Positions 17,927 through 26,450 of a stretch of 64,000 bases of DNA are shown here, piece after piece. The DNA is taken from positions 71,379-135,378 of the forward strand of contig CAZVRT010000001.1 in the NCBI GenBank assembly GCA_964630375.1, given 5' to 3'. This stretch comes from an uncultured Candidatus Saccharibacteria bacterium. GTDB lineage: Bacteria > Patescibacteriota > Minisyncoccia > Phycocordibacterales > JAACPR01. Numbering within the stretch: the first letter of the stretch is position 1; each line of letters begins with the position of its first letter. The notes under the pieces were generated by a model. The model ran no database searches, was not told the DNA's origin, and worked only from the letters and a program-made list of their open reading frames with translations. The position numbers and the translations under genes are program-made.

Positions 17927-18325
17927 ATGCAAAAACTTGGAGATGAGATGTCGCCGGACCAAATCCGTGCCGCGCAAAACAAGCTCGGTCTCGAGACCCC
18001 TGCCGACCTCAACGGTCGACATGTCAAGGCCGTCTGCAAACGCGGAGGTGGATCATTCCACGGCAAGATCACCCTCAAAGAGGGGAGGTATTACCTCAAG
18101 TCGATGAAACTCTCTCTGCTTAGGGAGAAGATGGAGAAAGAGCTGCAAGAGGCTGGGTTTGTCCCCAAACCTCGGTACGAAGGCACGGCTTGGTCCACCC
18201 CAACCTCGGCCTCGGCCAGCAGCACGGAGGCCGTCAAAGCGGAAGTCGTCAAGAAAGAGAAGCCCAAGGCTTCTCGTCGCAATTGGCGACACAAGTTCGA
18301 TATCCAAGGTTTGGCTTCGGCCTGA
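17927..18325 (+). CDS. GC-rich hypothetical basic protein (cassette A)
   Basis: The 132-aa ORF has about 55% GC with strong GC3 bias. It is preceded by a conserved ~60-bp leader (TTCTATTCGTAACAACAAAAG...) and followed by the terminator GGGCCCGGAGCTTCGCTCTGGGCCC plus a T-run. Confidence 0.45.
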   Translation: MQKLGDEMSPDQIRAAQNKLGLETPADLNGRHVKAVCKRGGGSFHGKITLKEGRYYLKSMKLSLLREKMEKELQEAGFVPKPRYEGTAWSTPTSASASSTEAVKAEVVKKEKPKASRRNWRHKFDIQGLASA

Positions 18326-18504
18326 CACTGGCGATCACGATTTCACAAACAGACAAATGGGCCCGGAGCTTCGCTCTGGGCCCTAATTTTTTCTTTAAAC
18401 TTGAAAAAACATAATTTTGTGTTATAATGCCGTGGAACAGTTCATTTCATTAGAGAGTTATGAGCCGTTCTATTCGTAACAACAAAAATAGAAAATAACG
18501 AAAA

Positions 18505-18828
18505 ATGGCAGGAAAACTTGCGCAAAGGATCAGGTCAAAAGCTCCGAACCGGCTCATGCTGAATGCATCGGAACTTCGACTCCTCCAGAATGCAGGACTC
18601 TTCAAAGGTCGCGAAGGATTCGTCGACCGAGAAGTCAAAGGGAAAATCATTCGACACTTCGGCGTTTTGCGCCGAATCGAAGAATCAAGGATGATCACCA
18701 ATCCTCGGGGAGAGAGGGTGATTGACACCCAAATCCACACGGTCTTCGACGTCCAACGCGAGGAAGACACCGGCTTCATCGCCGAACCTCGCTCCAAACG
18801 CACCAAAAACCACGTTTGGAGCGCGTAA
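18505..18828 (+). CDS. GC-rich hypothetical basic protein (cassette B)
   Basis: The 107-aa ORF carries the same leader motif at 18472-18493 and its own terminator AAGCCCGG...CCGGGCTTT plus a T-run. The antisense ORFs here are GC artefacts. Confidence 0.45.
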   Translation: MAGKLAQRIRSKAPNRLMLNASELRLLQNAGLFKGREGFVDREVKGKIIRHFGVLRRIEESRMITNPRGERVIDTQIHTVFDVQREEDTGFIAEPRSKRTKNHVWSA

Positions 18829-18897
18829 CGAAAACAACACAAACACAAACAGGCCAAAGCCCGGTAGCATTCGCTCCGGGCTTTATTTCTTTTTATT

Positions 18898-19830
18898 TTA
18901 TTTTTTCTTTCGATTTTTTCCGTGAAAGTTTTTGTGAATTTCTCGCAAATGTCTGTCGGTAACGTGAGTATAAACTTGTGTTGTTGTAATATTCGCATGC
19001 CCCAACAAAGCTTGCACTGAACGCAAATCAGCACCATTTGAAAGCAAGTCCGTTGCGAAACTATGCCGAATAACATGTGGAGTAACTTTTCGAGAAATTC
19101 CAGACTTTATCGCATAACCTTGCACAATTCTCTCAATTGAACGAGCCGAAATCCTAATAGATTTTTTCTTTGCCAAAACATCTTTTCCACTTTTGTTCGC
19201 AACTTGCACAAACAAAGCATCATCCATATCGTCTCTTTTATCTAAATAGTTTTTCACAGCATCTCTCGCTTCATCTGAAATAAAAACCACTCGCACTTTG
19301 TCTCCTTTTCCACGAATAGAAAATTCGTCTTTTGTTAAATCCAATTCTCGAGGCAAAGAAACCAATTCTGAAACACGTAATCCTGTTGAAAATAAAAGCT
19401 CTAACATTGCTTTATCTCTCAGACCTTTTAAATCTTTTGTATCTGGCGCATTTAAAAGACGAGTCAATTCTTCATTAGACATCAAATCCAATTCTCGAGC
19501 TTCTGTTTTTGCCAACTCAATTTTTTCTGAAGCCAAAGCTGTCACGCCTCGCTTCGCCAAATATTTTAAAAAAGAACGCAAAGCAATTAAATAATAATTC
19601 TGAGTTCTTCTCTTCATTGTATCTTTCACTCCCGGCTGTCTGTTGAGCCACAAACGAAACTCTCTAATATTGTTTTCAGTTATATCTTTTGGGTTTTTTA
19701 TTCCAGCATGTTCAAAAAAACGAGTTAAATACCGATCATAATTCTCAACAGTTTTTACACTTCTACCTTTTTCAATTTCCACATACTCCAGAAATTCTTG
19801 TTTGATATTTAAAATAGGGGAATTTGCCAT
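18898..19830 (-). CDS. xerC: Tyrosine site-specific recombinase of the XerC/XerD family
   Basis: It has the N-terminal core-binding domain, the catalytic R...HxxR...Y motifs (VTPHVIRHSFATDLL, LGHANITTTQVYTHV), and a K-rich tail. Confidence 0.8.
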   Translation of the reverse strand: MANSPILNIKQEFLEYVEIEKGRSVKTVENYDRYLTRFFEHAGIKNPKDITENNIREFRLWLNRQPGVKDTMKRRTQNYYLIALRSFLKYLAKRGVTALASEKIELAKTEARELDLMSNEELTRLLNAPDTKDLKGLRDKAMLELLFSTGLRVSELVSLPRELDLTKDEFSIRGKGDKVRVVFISDEARDAVKNYLDKRDDMDDALFVQVANKSGKDVLAKKKSIRISARSIERIVQGYAIKSGISRKVTPHVIRHSFATDLLSNGADLRSVQALLGHANITTTQVYTHVTDRHLREIHKNFHGKNRKKK

Positions 19831-19887
19831 ATATGTCGCAAAATAATTATACTCGAATTTTAAATTTTAAAAAATAAAAAAACCGAA

Positions 19888-20550
19888 TCACTCCGGTTTC
19901 GGTTGAAGTGCAGAAAACTCAAAAAAAGAAAATTCCGCAACCCATTCATGAACAACATCCAAAGTTTGGACAAAACGACTTTGATGATTAACCCCAGGAA
20001 CTGGGCCTCCAGTGAATTCATCCATAAACAAATCTCCGAAAGAAGACGACAAATGGTGGATATCAATCCACTTCATGTTCCCCAAATGTTTATGGAAAAC
20101 ATAAGTCACAGTTGCCAATGGAGAAAAGTTTTGCGGCATAGTCCCCAAAGAAGAATACAAAGAAAAGGAAAGTATTCTTCCGTTATTGTTCAAAACATCA
20201 GAGCCAAATGACACTAGGCAAATGTACTCATCGAAATCTGGGCTTTTGAACTTAAAGTGAATCCTCCGATGAAACTCGAAAGAAGTGCGATCTGAACCCG
20301 GAAATTGAAAGTTGAACATTTCGAAAGACAGGAGTTTTTGGCCAGAAGAAAGAATTCTGAAGCAAATTTCGGCTTTTGAAATAATCTCAAGACCATAGCT
20401 TAAAATGAATTCCCTCAACAAACTCCGAGGAGTTAAGTACGAGTGAAAACTTATCATTATTTTATATGTTTGTGTTTGTGCTGTTTCACCATAAATATAT
20501 AGAAATATCAAGAAAAAGCCAGCTTTTTGTACTGATATCAAGACTTGCAT
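19888..20550 (-). CDS. Hypothetical protein
   Basis: The 220-aa ORF is divergent from rpsO and has no recognised family. Its start is ambiguous; there is an internal Met at 20459. Confidence 0.35.
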   Translation of the reverse strand: MQVLISVQKAGFFLIFLYIYGETAQTQTYKIMISFHSYLTPRSLLREFILSYGLEIISKAEICFRILSSGQKLLSFEMFNFQFPGSDRTSFEFHRRIHFKFKSPDFDEYICLVSFGSDVLNNNGRILSFSLYSSLGTMPQNFSPLATVTYVFHKHLGNMKWIDIHHLSSSFGDLFMDEFTGGPVPGVNHQSRFVQTLDVVHEWVAEFSFFEFSALQPKPE

Positions 20551-20580
20551 TTTCCACTCAATTGTGTTACTATCTAATAT

Positions 20581-20856
20581 ATGTTAACAAAACGAAAGAA
20601 AGAAATCGTAATCAAGGAAACACAAATTCACGCCAGTGATACTGGTTCTCCTGAAGCGCAAGCGGCAATTTTGACTAAAAAAATTGACGAACTAGCTAAG
20701 CATTTGAAAAAAAATGACAAGGATAACCACTCACGAAAGGGTCTTTTGGGAATGGTTGCTGATAGACAAAAACACCTAAACTACCTAGCTAAAAAATCTC
20801 CTGATCGATACAAGAAATTGGTGAAGAAACTTGGTCTAAAAAGTAGAATTGCTTAA
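20581..20856 (+). CDS. rpsO: 30S ribosomal protein S15
   Basis: The sequence TGSPEAQAAILTKKIDELAKHLKKNDKDNHSRKGLLGMV...HLNYL is the canonical S15. Confidence 0.9.
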   Translation: MLTKRKKEIVIKETQIHASDTGSPEAQAAILTKKIDELAKHLKKNDKDNHSRKGLLGMVADRQKHLNYLAKKSPDRYKKLVKKLGLKSRIA

Positions 20857-20864
20857 ATATAGAC

Positions 20865-20955
20865 AAAAACACCCCGAAAATTATTCTTCTCGTCAACGGC
20901 TTCGGTCTCTGACCTGCAGATGCTTCCTCAAAGAATAATTTTCGGGGTGTTTTTA
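20865..20955. repeat. Palindromic intergenic element, copy 2 (inverted relative to copy 1), downstream of rpsO
   Basis: It has a perfect 24-bp AT-rich stem (AAAAACACCCCGAAAATTATTCTT / revcomp). The 43-nt loop is about 80% identical to the reverse-complement of the copy-1 loop, sharing ...CATCTGCAGG...CCGAAGCCGTTGAC.... Confidence 0.6.
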
Positions 20956-21008
20956 TTTATCTTCAGACAATACTTCAAAAACAGTTTATCTGTTAAAATG
21001 AAGGTGAT

Positions 21009-21548
21009 ATGCCAATAATCAAACACAAAGATCAGCGCGTGGGAATTTTTATAGATACACAAAACATATACCACAGTGCGAAAAATTTATATAAAAGCAA
21101 AGTTAATTTTGGAAGAGTAGTCCAAGAATCTTTAGCCGGAAGACAATTAATTCGAGCAATTGCGTATGTAATCAGTTCTGAATCAGGCGAAGAGCAAAGT
21201 TTTTTTGACGCACTAACAAAAGCAGGAATTGAAACAAAAACAAAAGATCTCCAAGTTTTCATTGGCGGAGCAAAAAAAGCAGATTGGGATGTTGGACTAG
21301 CAGTTGATGCAATAAAAATGTCTTCAAAACTAGATACGATTATCATTATTTCTGGAGACGGGGATTTTGTTCCTCTTGTTGAATATTTAAAAACAAATTC
21401 TGGCTGCCAAGTAGAAGTTGTGGCTTTTGGAAAATCTACTTCAAGCAAACTTATTGAATCAGCAGATGATTTTATCGACCTAGATACAGACTCTCGAAAA
21501 TATTTGATTGGTGGAAAATTAAAAATAATTAAACGCTCTAAGTTCTGA
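21009..21548 (+). CDS. NYN-domain (LabA-like) protein, second paralog
   Basis: The motifs VGIFIDTQNIY...IIISGDGDF are the NYN signature. Confidence 0.65.
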   Translation: MPIIKHKDQRVGIFIDTQNIYHSAKNLYKSKVNFGRVVQESLAGRQLIRAIAYVISSESGEEQSFFDALTKAGIETKTKDLQVFIGGAKKADWDVGLAVDAIKMSSKLDTIIIISGDGDFVPLVEYLKTNSGCQVEVVAFGKSTSSKLIESADDFIDLDTDSRKYLIGGKLKIIKRSKF

Positions 21549-21562
21549 TACAATAATAGTCA

Positions 21563-22600
21563 ATGGACGAAGAACAAAAAAACACAACTCCAAAAATAGA
21601 CGGTGAGCCTTTAAGTCGTGTTAAAACATATCAAGATGCGATCAAAGAAGCTTTGAGATCACAAGAAATGTCTGCAGCCGGAATGTTGATGGCTGAGCAA
21701 AAAAAACGCGATAATTTTCAAAAAGAAAGCGAAGCTCATTCAATTTCAAATCCTAGAAATAAAATGTTGGTGACAATCTCGATTGTGCTTGTTGTCGCGG
21801 CTGGAGCAGTAGCAACTTTTGCAATTATAAATGCAAACAAAAGACCGGCTCCAGATACAGGCTTTGTAATGAGAAGTAAGTATTTTTTGTCAGAAAAAAT
21901 GATAGAAATTGCGTCGTCTCAATTATCTAGGAATACTCTTGCCAGAATTCAGCAAGTTGGATTTGAACCAACTCAATCTGGAACAATCAACCAGATTGTT
22001 GTTACAAAAGAAGTCAGAACCGATCCATCTTCGTCTTTGGATTTAAGAACAAAAGTTTCGTATGACACGAATGATTTTCTTTCACTTTTAAATTCACGAA
22101 CGCCAGACTCATTAAGAGGCACTCTTGATCCGGAATTCATGCTAGGCGTTCACGGAGCACCACAACGAAACGAAAAATTTGTTTTGTTTAGAATAAATGA
22201 TTTTGAAAGTGCGTTTTCTGGAATGTTTACATGGGAAAGCGCTCTAGCAAGAGATATGGAAAATATTTTTCCGGCAGAAATAGGACGCGCAAGAACAGTA
22301 GTAACAGAAGAAGTTCCACCAGCTCCAACAACTGAATCTACAAGTACTGCAACAACCACTGACGAAGAAGTCAGCGATGCAACAACAACTCCAGAAATGA
22401 TTCAAAGAACAATTGATAATACACGTACTTGGCACGATAGGGTGATTAGAAACACAGACACCAGAGCACTTTTAGATGATGCCGGGAGAGTTGTTTTCTT
22501 CTACGCTTTTATTGATAAAGAATATATTTTCTTTGGAACACGAGAAGAAACTTTTGCGGAAGTAATGAGAAGAGTTCGAAGTGCTAAACTAATTAGATAA
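21563..22600 (+). CDS. Hypothetical membrane-anchored protein
   Basis: The 345-aa ORF has a single TM helix (MLVTISIVLVVAAGAVATFAII) and a T/E-rich low-complexity stretch. Confidence 0.4.
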   Translation: MDEEQKNTTPKIDGEPLSRVKTYQDAIKEALRSQEMSAAGMLMAEQKKRDNFQKESEAHSISNPRNKMLVTISIVLVVAAGAVATFAIINANKRPAPDTGFVMRSKYFLSEKMIEIASSQLSRNTLARIQQVGFEPTQSGTINQIVVTKEVRTDPSSSLDLRTKVSYDTNDFLSLLNSRTPDSLRGTLDPEFMLGVHGAPQRNEKFVLFRINDFESAFSGMFTWESALARDMENIFPAEIGRARTVVTEEVPPAPTTESTSTATTTDEEVSDATTTPEMIQRTIDNTRTWHDRVIRNTDTRALLDDAGRVVFFYAFIDKEYIFFGTREETFAEVMRRVRSAKLIR

Positions 22601-22618
22601 GTTTGATATAATAAAAGC

Positions 22619-22981
22619 ATGAGTGAAATTGATTTAAACAAATTTAAAAATTTACTTTTAGAAGAAAAAAGTCGACTTGAAACAGAGTTGGCGACTGTTG
22701 GGAGAATCAATCCGGACAATCCAGAAGACTGGGAAGCAACTCCTGATTATATTGAGGAAAGTGCGGACTTAAACGACTTTTCAGACAGCATCGAAAGTTA
22801 CGAAACAAACACTGCAATTTTGAAACAACTTGAAACTCAACTTGTTGATGTAAAAGATGCCCTAGAAAAAATCGAGAATGGCACTTATGGAATCTGTGAA
22901 GTCAGTGGGGAACCAATTGAACTAGACAGACTTGAAGCAAATCCAGCAGCTAGGACTTCTAAGGCACATATGAATTCTTAA
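22619..22981 (+). CDS. DksA/TraR-family protein lacking the full Cys4 zinc finger
   Basis: The layout and motifs LLLEEKSRLETEL...ILKQLETQLVDVKDALEKIENGTYGICEVSGEPIELDRLEANP are DksA-like, but only one Cys is present in the finger region. Confidence 0.5.
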   Translation: MSEIDLNKFKNLLLEEKSRLETELATVGRINPDNPEDWEATPDYIEESADLNDFSDSIESYETNTAILKQLETQLVDVKDALEKIENGTYGICEVSGEPIELDRLEANPAARTSKAHMNS

Positions 22982-22989
22982 AGACAAAA

Positions 22990-23027
22990 TAAAAAAGCGG
23001 ACGAGCAAGCTCGTCCGCTTTTTTATT
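22990..23027. terminator. Rho-independent terminator
   Basis: AAAAAAGCGGACGAGCAAGCTCGTCCGCTTTTTTATT. Confidence 0.7.
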
Positions 23028-23081
23028 TATTTTTAGTTTTTCTTTAAAAGTTCTTAATACTTAGTTTGTTACATTTGCTCA

Positions 23082-24671
23082 ATGTCATTTGCAAAAGTCT
23101 ATACAGCTCATGTTTCAAATTTGAAAGTGGAGAAAATTGATGTGGAAGTTGATATTTCAAATGGATTGTATTCTTTGAGTATTGTCGGGTTGGGTGATAA
23201 AGCAATTTCAGAATCAAAAGATCGCGTGACATCGGCAATAAAAAATTCTGGTTTCAAACCACCAAAACAAAAGAACGAAAAGATTGTTGTTTCACTCGCA
23301 CCAGCGCATGTAAAAAAGCAAGGTCCGATTTTTGATTTAGCGATCGCAGTCGGATATCTAAAAACTTCAGAAAAATTTTCTTTTGAAACAAACAAAACAA
23401 TTTTTATCGGCGAATTGGCTCTTGATGGAAGTATCAGAAAAATTCAAGGAGTTTTGCCGATTGTGAAATGGGCGAAAGAAAAAGGCTTCAAAGAAATTTT
23501 TATCCCAAAAGAAAACGCGTTGGAAGCTGGTTTGATAGGGGAAATTGATATTTATCCCGCAGAAAATTTGTTGGAAGTTTTGAATCATCTCAATAAAATT
23601 AAATTGATAAAACCCCAACCAAAAACTCTTCTGAAAAGCTTTGAAAAAGAAATTGAAATTGATTTTGAAAATATAAAAGGTCAACAAATTGCAAAAAGAG
23701 GATTACTTTTAGCTGGAGCAGGCGGACACAATATAAATTTTCTTGGACCCCCGGGGACAGGGAAGACAATGCTCTCAAAAGCATTTCGAGAAATACTTCC
23801 GACACCAAACGAAAAAGATCTTCTGGAGATAACAACAATTTATTCCAGCGCAGGATTACTGTCAGCAGAAAATTTTTCGAAAACTCCTTTTCGCTCACCA
23901 CATCACAGTGCATCATACAGCGCAATTTGCGGTGGAGGAGGAAATTTAAATTTTGGCGAAATAACTTTGGCACACAATGGAGTTTTGTTTTTGGATGAGT
24001 TTCCAGAATTTGATAGGCGGGTAATAGAATCACTCCGCGGACCGATTGAAGATGGCAAAATTTCTTTAGCTAGAAAAAATGGCTCGGCAACATATCCGGC
24101 AGATTTTATTTTAATCACAACAATGAATCCTTGTCCGTGCGGATATTATCAAACCAATATCAAAAATTGCGAATGTAGCAATCAATCGATTCTCCGATAC
24201 AAACAAAAAATTTCTGGGCCAATTCTAGATAGAATTGATATGTTTATTTTTGTAGATCAAATACCGACGAGTGATTTGTTTGAGAATCAATATGAAGATA
24301 AGAGTGCAAGTGAAAATAAAAATGTAGATGAAAATAAAAATACGAGCGGAGATAAAAATCAAAATCAATCGGTCAGTCACAAAACTCAATCACAAATTTT
24401 TAGAGAAAAAATAAAGCATGCCAGAGAAATTCAAAACAATCGCCAAGGTTTTCTAAATGCAAAAATTCCAAGCTCAAAAATAAATGAATACATACAAATA
24501 GATAATCAAAGCAGGGAATTATTAAAGCAAGCGGCAGAAAAACTAAATCTTTCTGCTCGCGCGATTCATCGAGTTTTAAAACTTTCACGTACAATCGCCG
24601 ATTTAGAAGAATCGGAAAATATAAAAGATTCTCACATATTGGAAGCACTTCAATATCGACAACTGGAATAA
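23082..24671 (+). CDS. comM: YifB/ComM family Mg-chelatase-like AAA+ ATPase
   Basis: It has the Lon-like N domain, Walker A (GPPGTGKTML), Walker B (VLFLDEFPEF) and the C-terminal ChlI-like region. Confidence 0.85.
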   Translation: MSFAKVYTAHVSNLKVEKIDVEVDISNGLYSLSIVGLGDKAISESKDRVTSAIKNSGFKPPKQKNEKIVVSLAPAHVKKQGPIFDLAIAVGYLKTSEKFSFETNKTIFIGELALDGSIRKIQGVLPIVKWAKEKGFKEIFIPKENALEAGLIGEIDIYPAENLLEVLNHLNKIKLIKPQPKTLLKSFEKEIEIDFENIKGQQIAKRGLLLAGAGGHNINFLGPPGTGKTMLSKAFREILPTPNEKDLLEITTIYSSAGLLSAENFSKTPFRSPHHSASYSAICGGGGNLNFGEITLAHNGVLFLDEFPEFDRRVIESLRGPIEDGKISLARKNGSATYPADFILITTMNPCPCGYYQTNIKNCECSNQSILRYKQKISGPILDRIDMFIFVDQIPTSDLFENQYEDKSASENKNVDENKNTSGDKNQNQSVSHKTQSQIFREKIKHAREIQNNRQGFLNAKIPSSKINEYIQIDNQSRELLKQAAEKLNLSARAIHRVLKLSRTIADLEESENIKDSHILEALQYRQLE

Positions 24672-24709
24672 TATTGACAATAATTATACTAGAATATATA
24701 TTTCAGTAT

Positions 24710-24976
24710 ATGAATACAACAATGCTAATAAAAATAGATAAAAAACTAAAAGAACAAGCTCAAAGGACAGCTAAAGAACTGGGACTACCTCTTTCTACTG
24801 TCACAAGTGGTTTATTAAAAGAATTTGTTTTAAAAAAAGAAATAACTTTTTCATTAACTCCAAATAAAAGACTTCGACGATCAATTTTGGAAACAGAAAA
24901 ATCTTTAAAGGATAAAAAAAATCTTTCACCGGCATTCAAAAATAAAAAAGAAATAATTAAGTGGCTAGAGGATTAG
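24710..24976 (+). CDS. dinJ: Type II antitoxin of the RelB/DinJ family (ribbon-helix-helix)
   Basis: The sequence MLIKIDKKLKEQAQRTAKELGLPLSTVTSGLLKEFV is the DinJ/RelB RHH signature. It lies 1 nt upstream of a RelE/YafQ-like ORF. Confidence 0.6.
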   Translation: MNTTMLIKIDKKLKEQAQRTAKELGLPLSTVTSGLLKEFVLKKEITFSLTPNKRLRRSILETEKSLKDKKNLSPAFKNKKEIIKWLED

Positions 24977-24977
24977 A

Positions 24978-25232
24978 ATGATATTTTTTAATTCAAGATT
25001 TAAAAAATCTTTTAAAAAACTTCCTCAACACTATAAAAATAAATTTTACGACCGACTCGATCAATTTCTAGAAGATGAAAATTACCCAACTCTTCGAAAA
25101 CATCCTCTTAATGGAGAATATGCAAATTACTGGAGCATTAGTATAAGCGGAGATTTAAGAGCAATATACAAAAAAGATGGAAATAATTTTGTATTCGTAG
25201 ATATTGGTAGTCACAGTGAACTGTATGAGTAG
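24978..25232 (+). CDS. yafQ: Type II toxin of the RelE/YafQ family (mRNA interferase)
   Basis: The 84-aa protein has RFKKSFKKL...LRKHPLNGEYANYWSISISGDLRAIYKKDGNNFVFVDIGSHSELY, which fits the RelE/ParE superfamily fold. Confidence 0.6.
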   Translation: MIFFNSRFKKSFKKLPQHYKNKFYDRLDQFLEDENYPTLRKHPLNGEYANYWSISISGDLRAIYKKDGNNFVFVDIGSHSELYE

Positions 25233-25235
25233 TCT

Positions 25236-26357
25236 TTAAAAAGGATTTGTTGCTCCTCGGACTTCAAAGTGAAGATGTGGGCCAGTTGATCGTCCAGTGT
25301 TTCCAACATTAGCAATCAAATCTCCTTGTGCAACCCATTCCCCAGAAACAACATTCACAGAACTTGCATGAGCATAAAGTGTTTGACTTCCGTTATCGTG
25401 TTTAATTACAACATAATTTCCGTAACCTCCGTTCCAACCGCTAGATTTACTAATAATAACTTGCCCGCCTGCTGCCGCATAAATAGGAGTACCAATAGGA
25501 GCACCGAAGTCCACAGCATTGTATCCGTGAATACCTTGAGTCTTAACAGCTCCCGGAACAGGATTCTTAAATCCATTACCTGAACTTTTTGGAGTACTTC
25601 CTGTAGCCTTTGATCCAGTTGAACCTTTGGCAACTTTTGAACCTGAAGTAGGTTTCTTTTCTTCAGCGTGCAACTCTCCGTTTGGAACCAAAATTTCCAT
25701 TCCAGCTTCAAGTCTTGTATCTACAGAAATACCGTTAAACAAAGCAATTTCTCTGGCATCGGCTTTGTACATTTCAGCCAAATCAGCCACTGTTCCACCA
25801 TTTTTAACTTTATGCTTCACACCAGTAACAGGCAGAATAACAAGTTGTTGCCCAGGTTGAATTTCACCATCAAAATCGTTCGCCCAACGAATAGTATTAG
25901 AAGAAACATTGAACATATTAGCGATTTGAGAAAGAGTATCCCCTTCACGCACAACATAAACACTAATTTGATCAGATTTTGGCTTATAGATTTCCACAGG
26001 ATCTCCACTGATAGATTGAACTGCCATAATAGCTTTGTTGTCTACCACCAAAATATCGCCCCCTCCTTTTGCTGGGTTAGGGTCATTGTTTGTAGCAGCT
26101 TTCAAAACAGCAAGATTTTGAGAGTTTGGCTTTAATCCAATATAGCTTGTGTCTTGAGACGATGTTGCTGTAAGAAAAGAAAAAATTCCAGCTGCGTGTG
26201 CCAAGAATGGTATGACAAAAAAGACACATGCAAAAATAGCTTTTTTCACCGTAATTTGTGAAGCAATTTTGCTTATGTTAACTCTATGTGACTTCGCGAG
26301 CGAAGGATCAGAGTCTTGTTCCATATAAGTGATAAGCCAGTTTTCATCTGATCCCAA
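25236..26357 (-). CDS. LysM-domain M23 family peptidoglycan metalloendopeptidase
   Basis: It has a signal anchor and two LysM repeats (VREGDTLSQIA..., VKNGGTVADLAEMYK...). The M23 motifs are HGYNAVDFGAPIGTPIYAAAGG and GNTGRSTGPHLHFEV. Confidence 0.8.
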   Translation of the reverse strand: MGSDENWLITYMEQDSDPSLAKSHRVNISKIASQITVKKAIFACVFFVIPFLAHAAGIFSFLTATSSQDTSYIGLKPNSQNLAVLKAATNNDPNPAKGGGDILVVDNKAIMAVQSISGDPVEIYKPKSDQISVYVVREGDTLSQIANMFNVSSNTIRWANDFDGEIQPGQQLVILPVTGVKHKVKNGGTVADLAEMYKADAREIALFNGISVDTRLEAGMEILVPNGELHAEEKKPTSGSKVAKGSTGSKATGSTPKSSGNGFKNPVPGAVKTQGIHGYNAVDFGAPIGTPIYAAAGGQVIISKSSGWNGGYGNYVVIKHDNGSQTLYAHASSVNVVSGEWVAQGDLIANVGNTGRSTGPHLHFEVRGATNPF

Positions 26358-26450
26358 AACCCCCGTTTCAGATGATCCCCGCTAAAGAGGATACGTACAA
26401 TGTTAGCAAGCTAGGGAAAGGTGTCAACCGTATGTTAAGATAGTCCAACG

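Noticed and set aside
17900-19076. Many overlapping ORFs on both strands (for example 18053-18328 minus, 18159-18386 plus, 18190-18414 plus, 18450-19076 minus)
   Set aside because: These are GC-rich islands, where stop codons are rare and all frames stay open. Only the frames downstream of the conserved leader, followed by a terminator and showing GC3 bias, were kept.
17500-19830. Integron hypothesis (tyrosine recombinase plus cassettes)
   Set aside because: The geometry is wrong. The recombinase is convergent with the cassettes instead of divergent from an attI/Pc. The cassette-end hairpins are short GC stems with T-runs (terminators), not 60-140-bp attC sites with R''/L'' cores. The recombinase also lacks any obvious extra IntI domain.
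25326-26135. Plus-strand ORFs 25326-25583, 25627-25860, 25668-26135
   Set aside because: They are antisense within the well-supported LysM-M23 peptidase gene.
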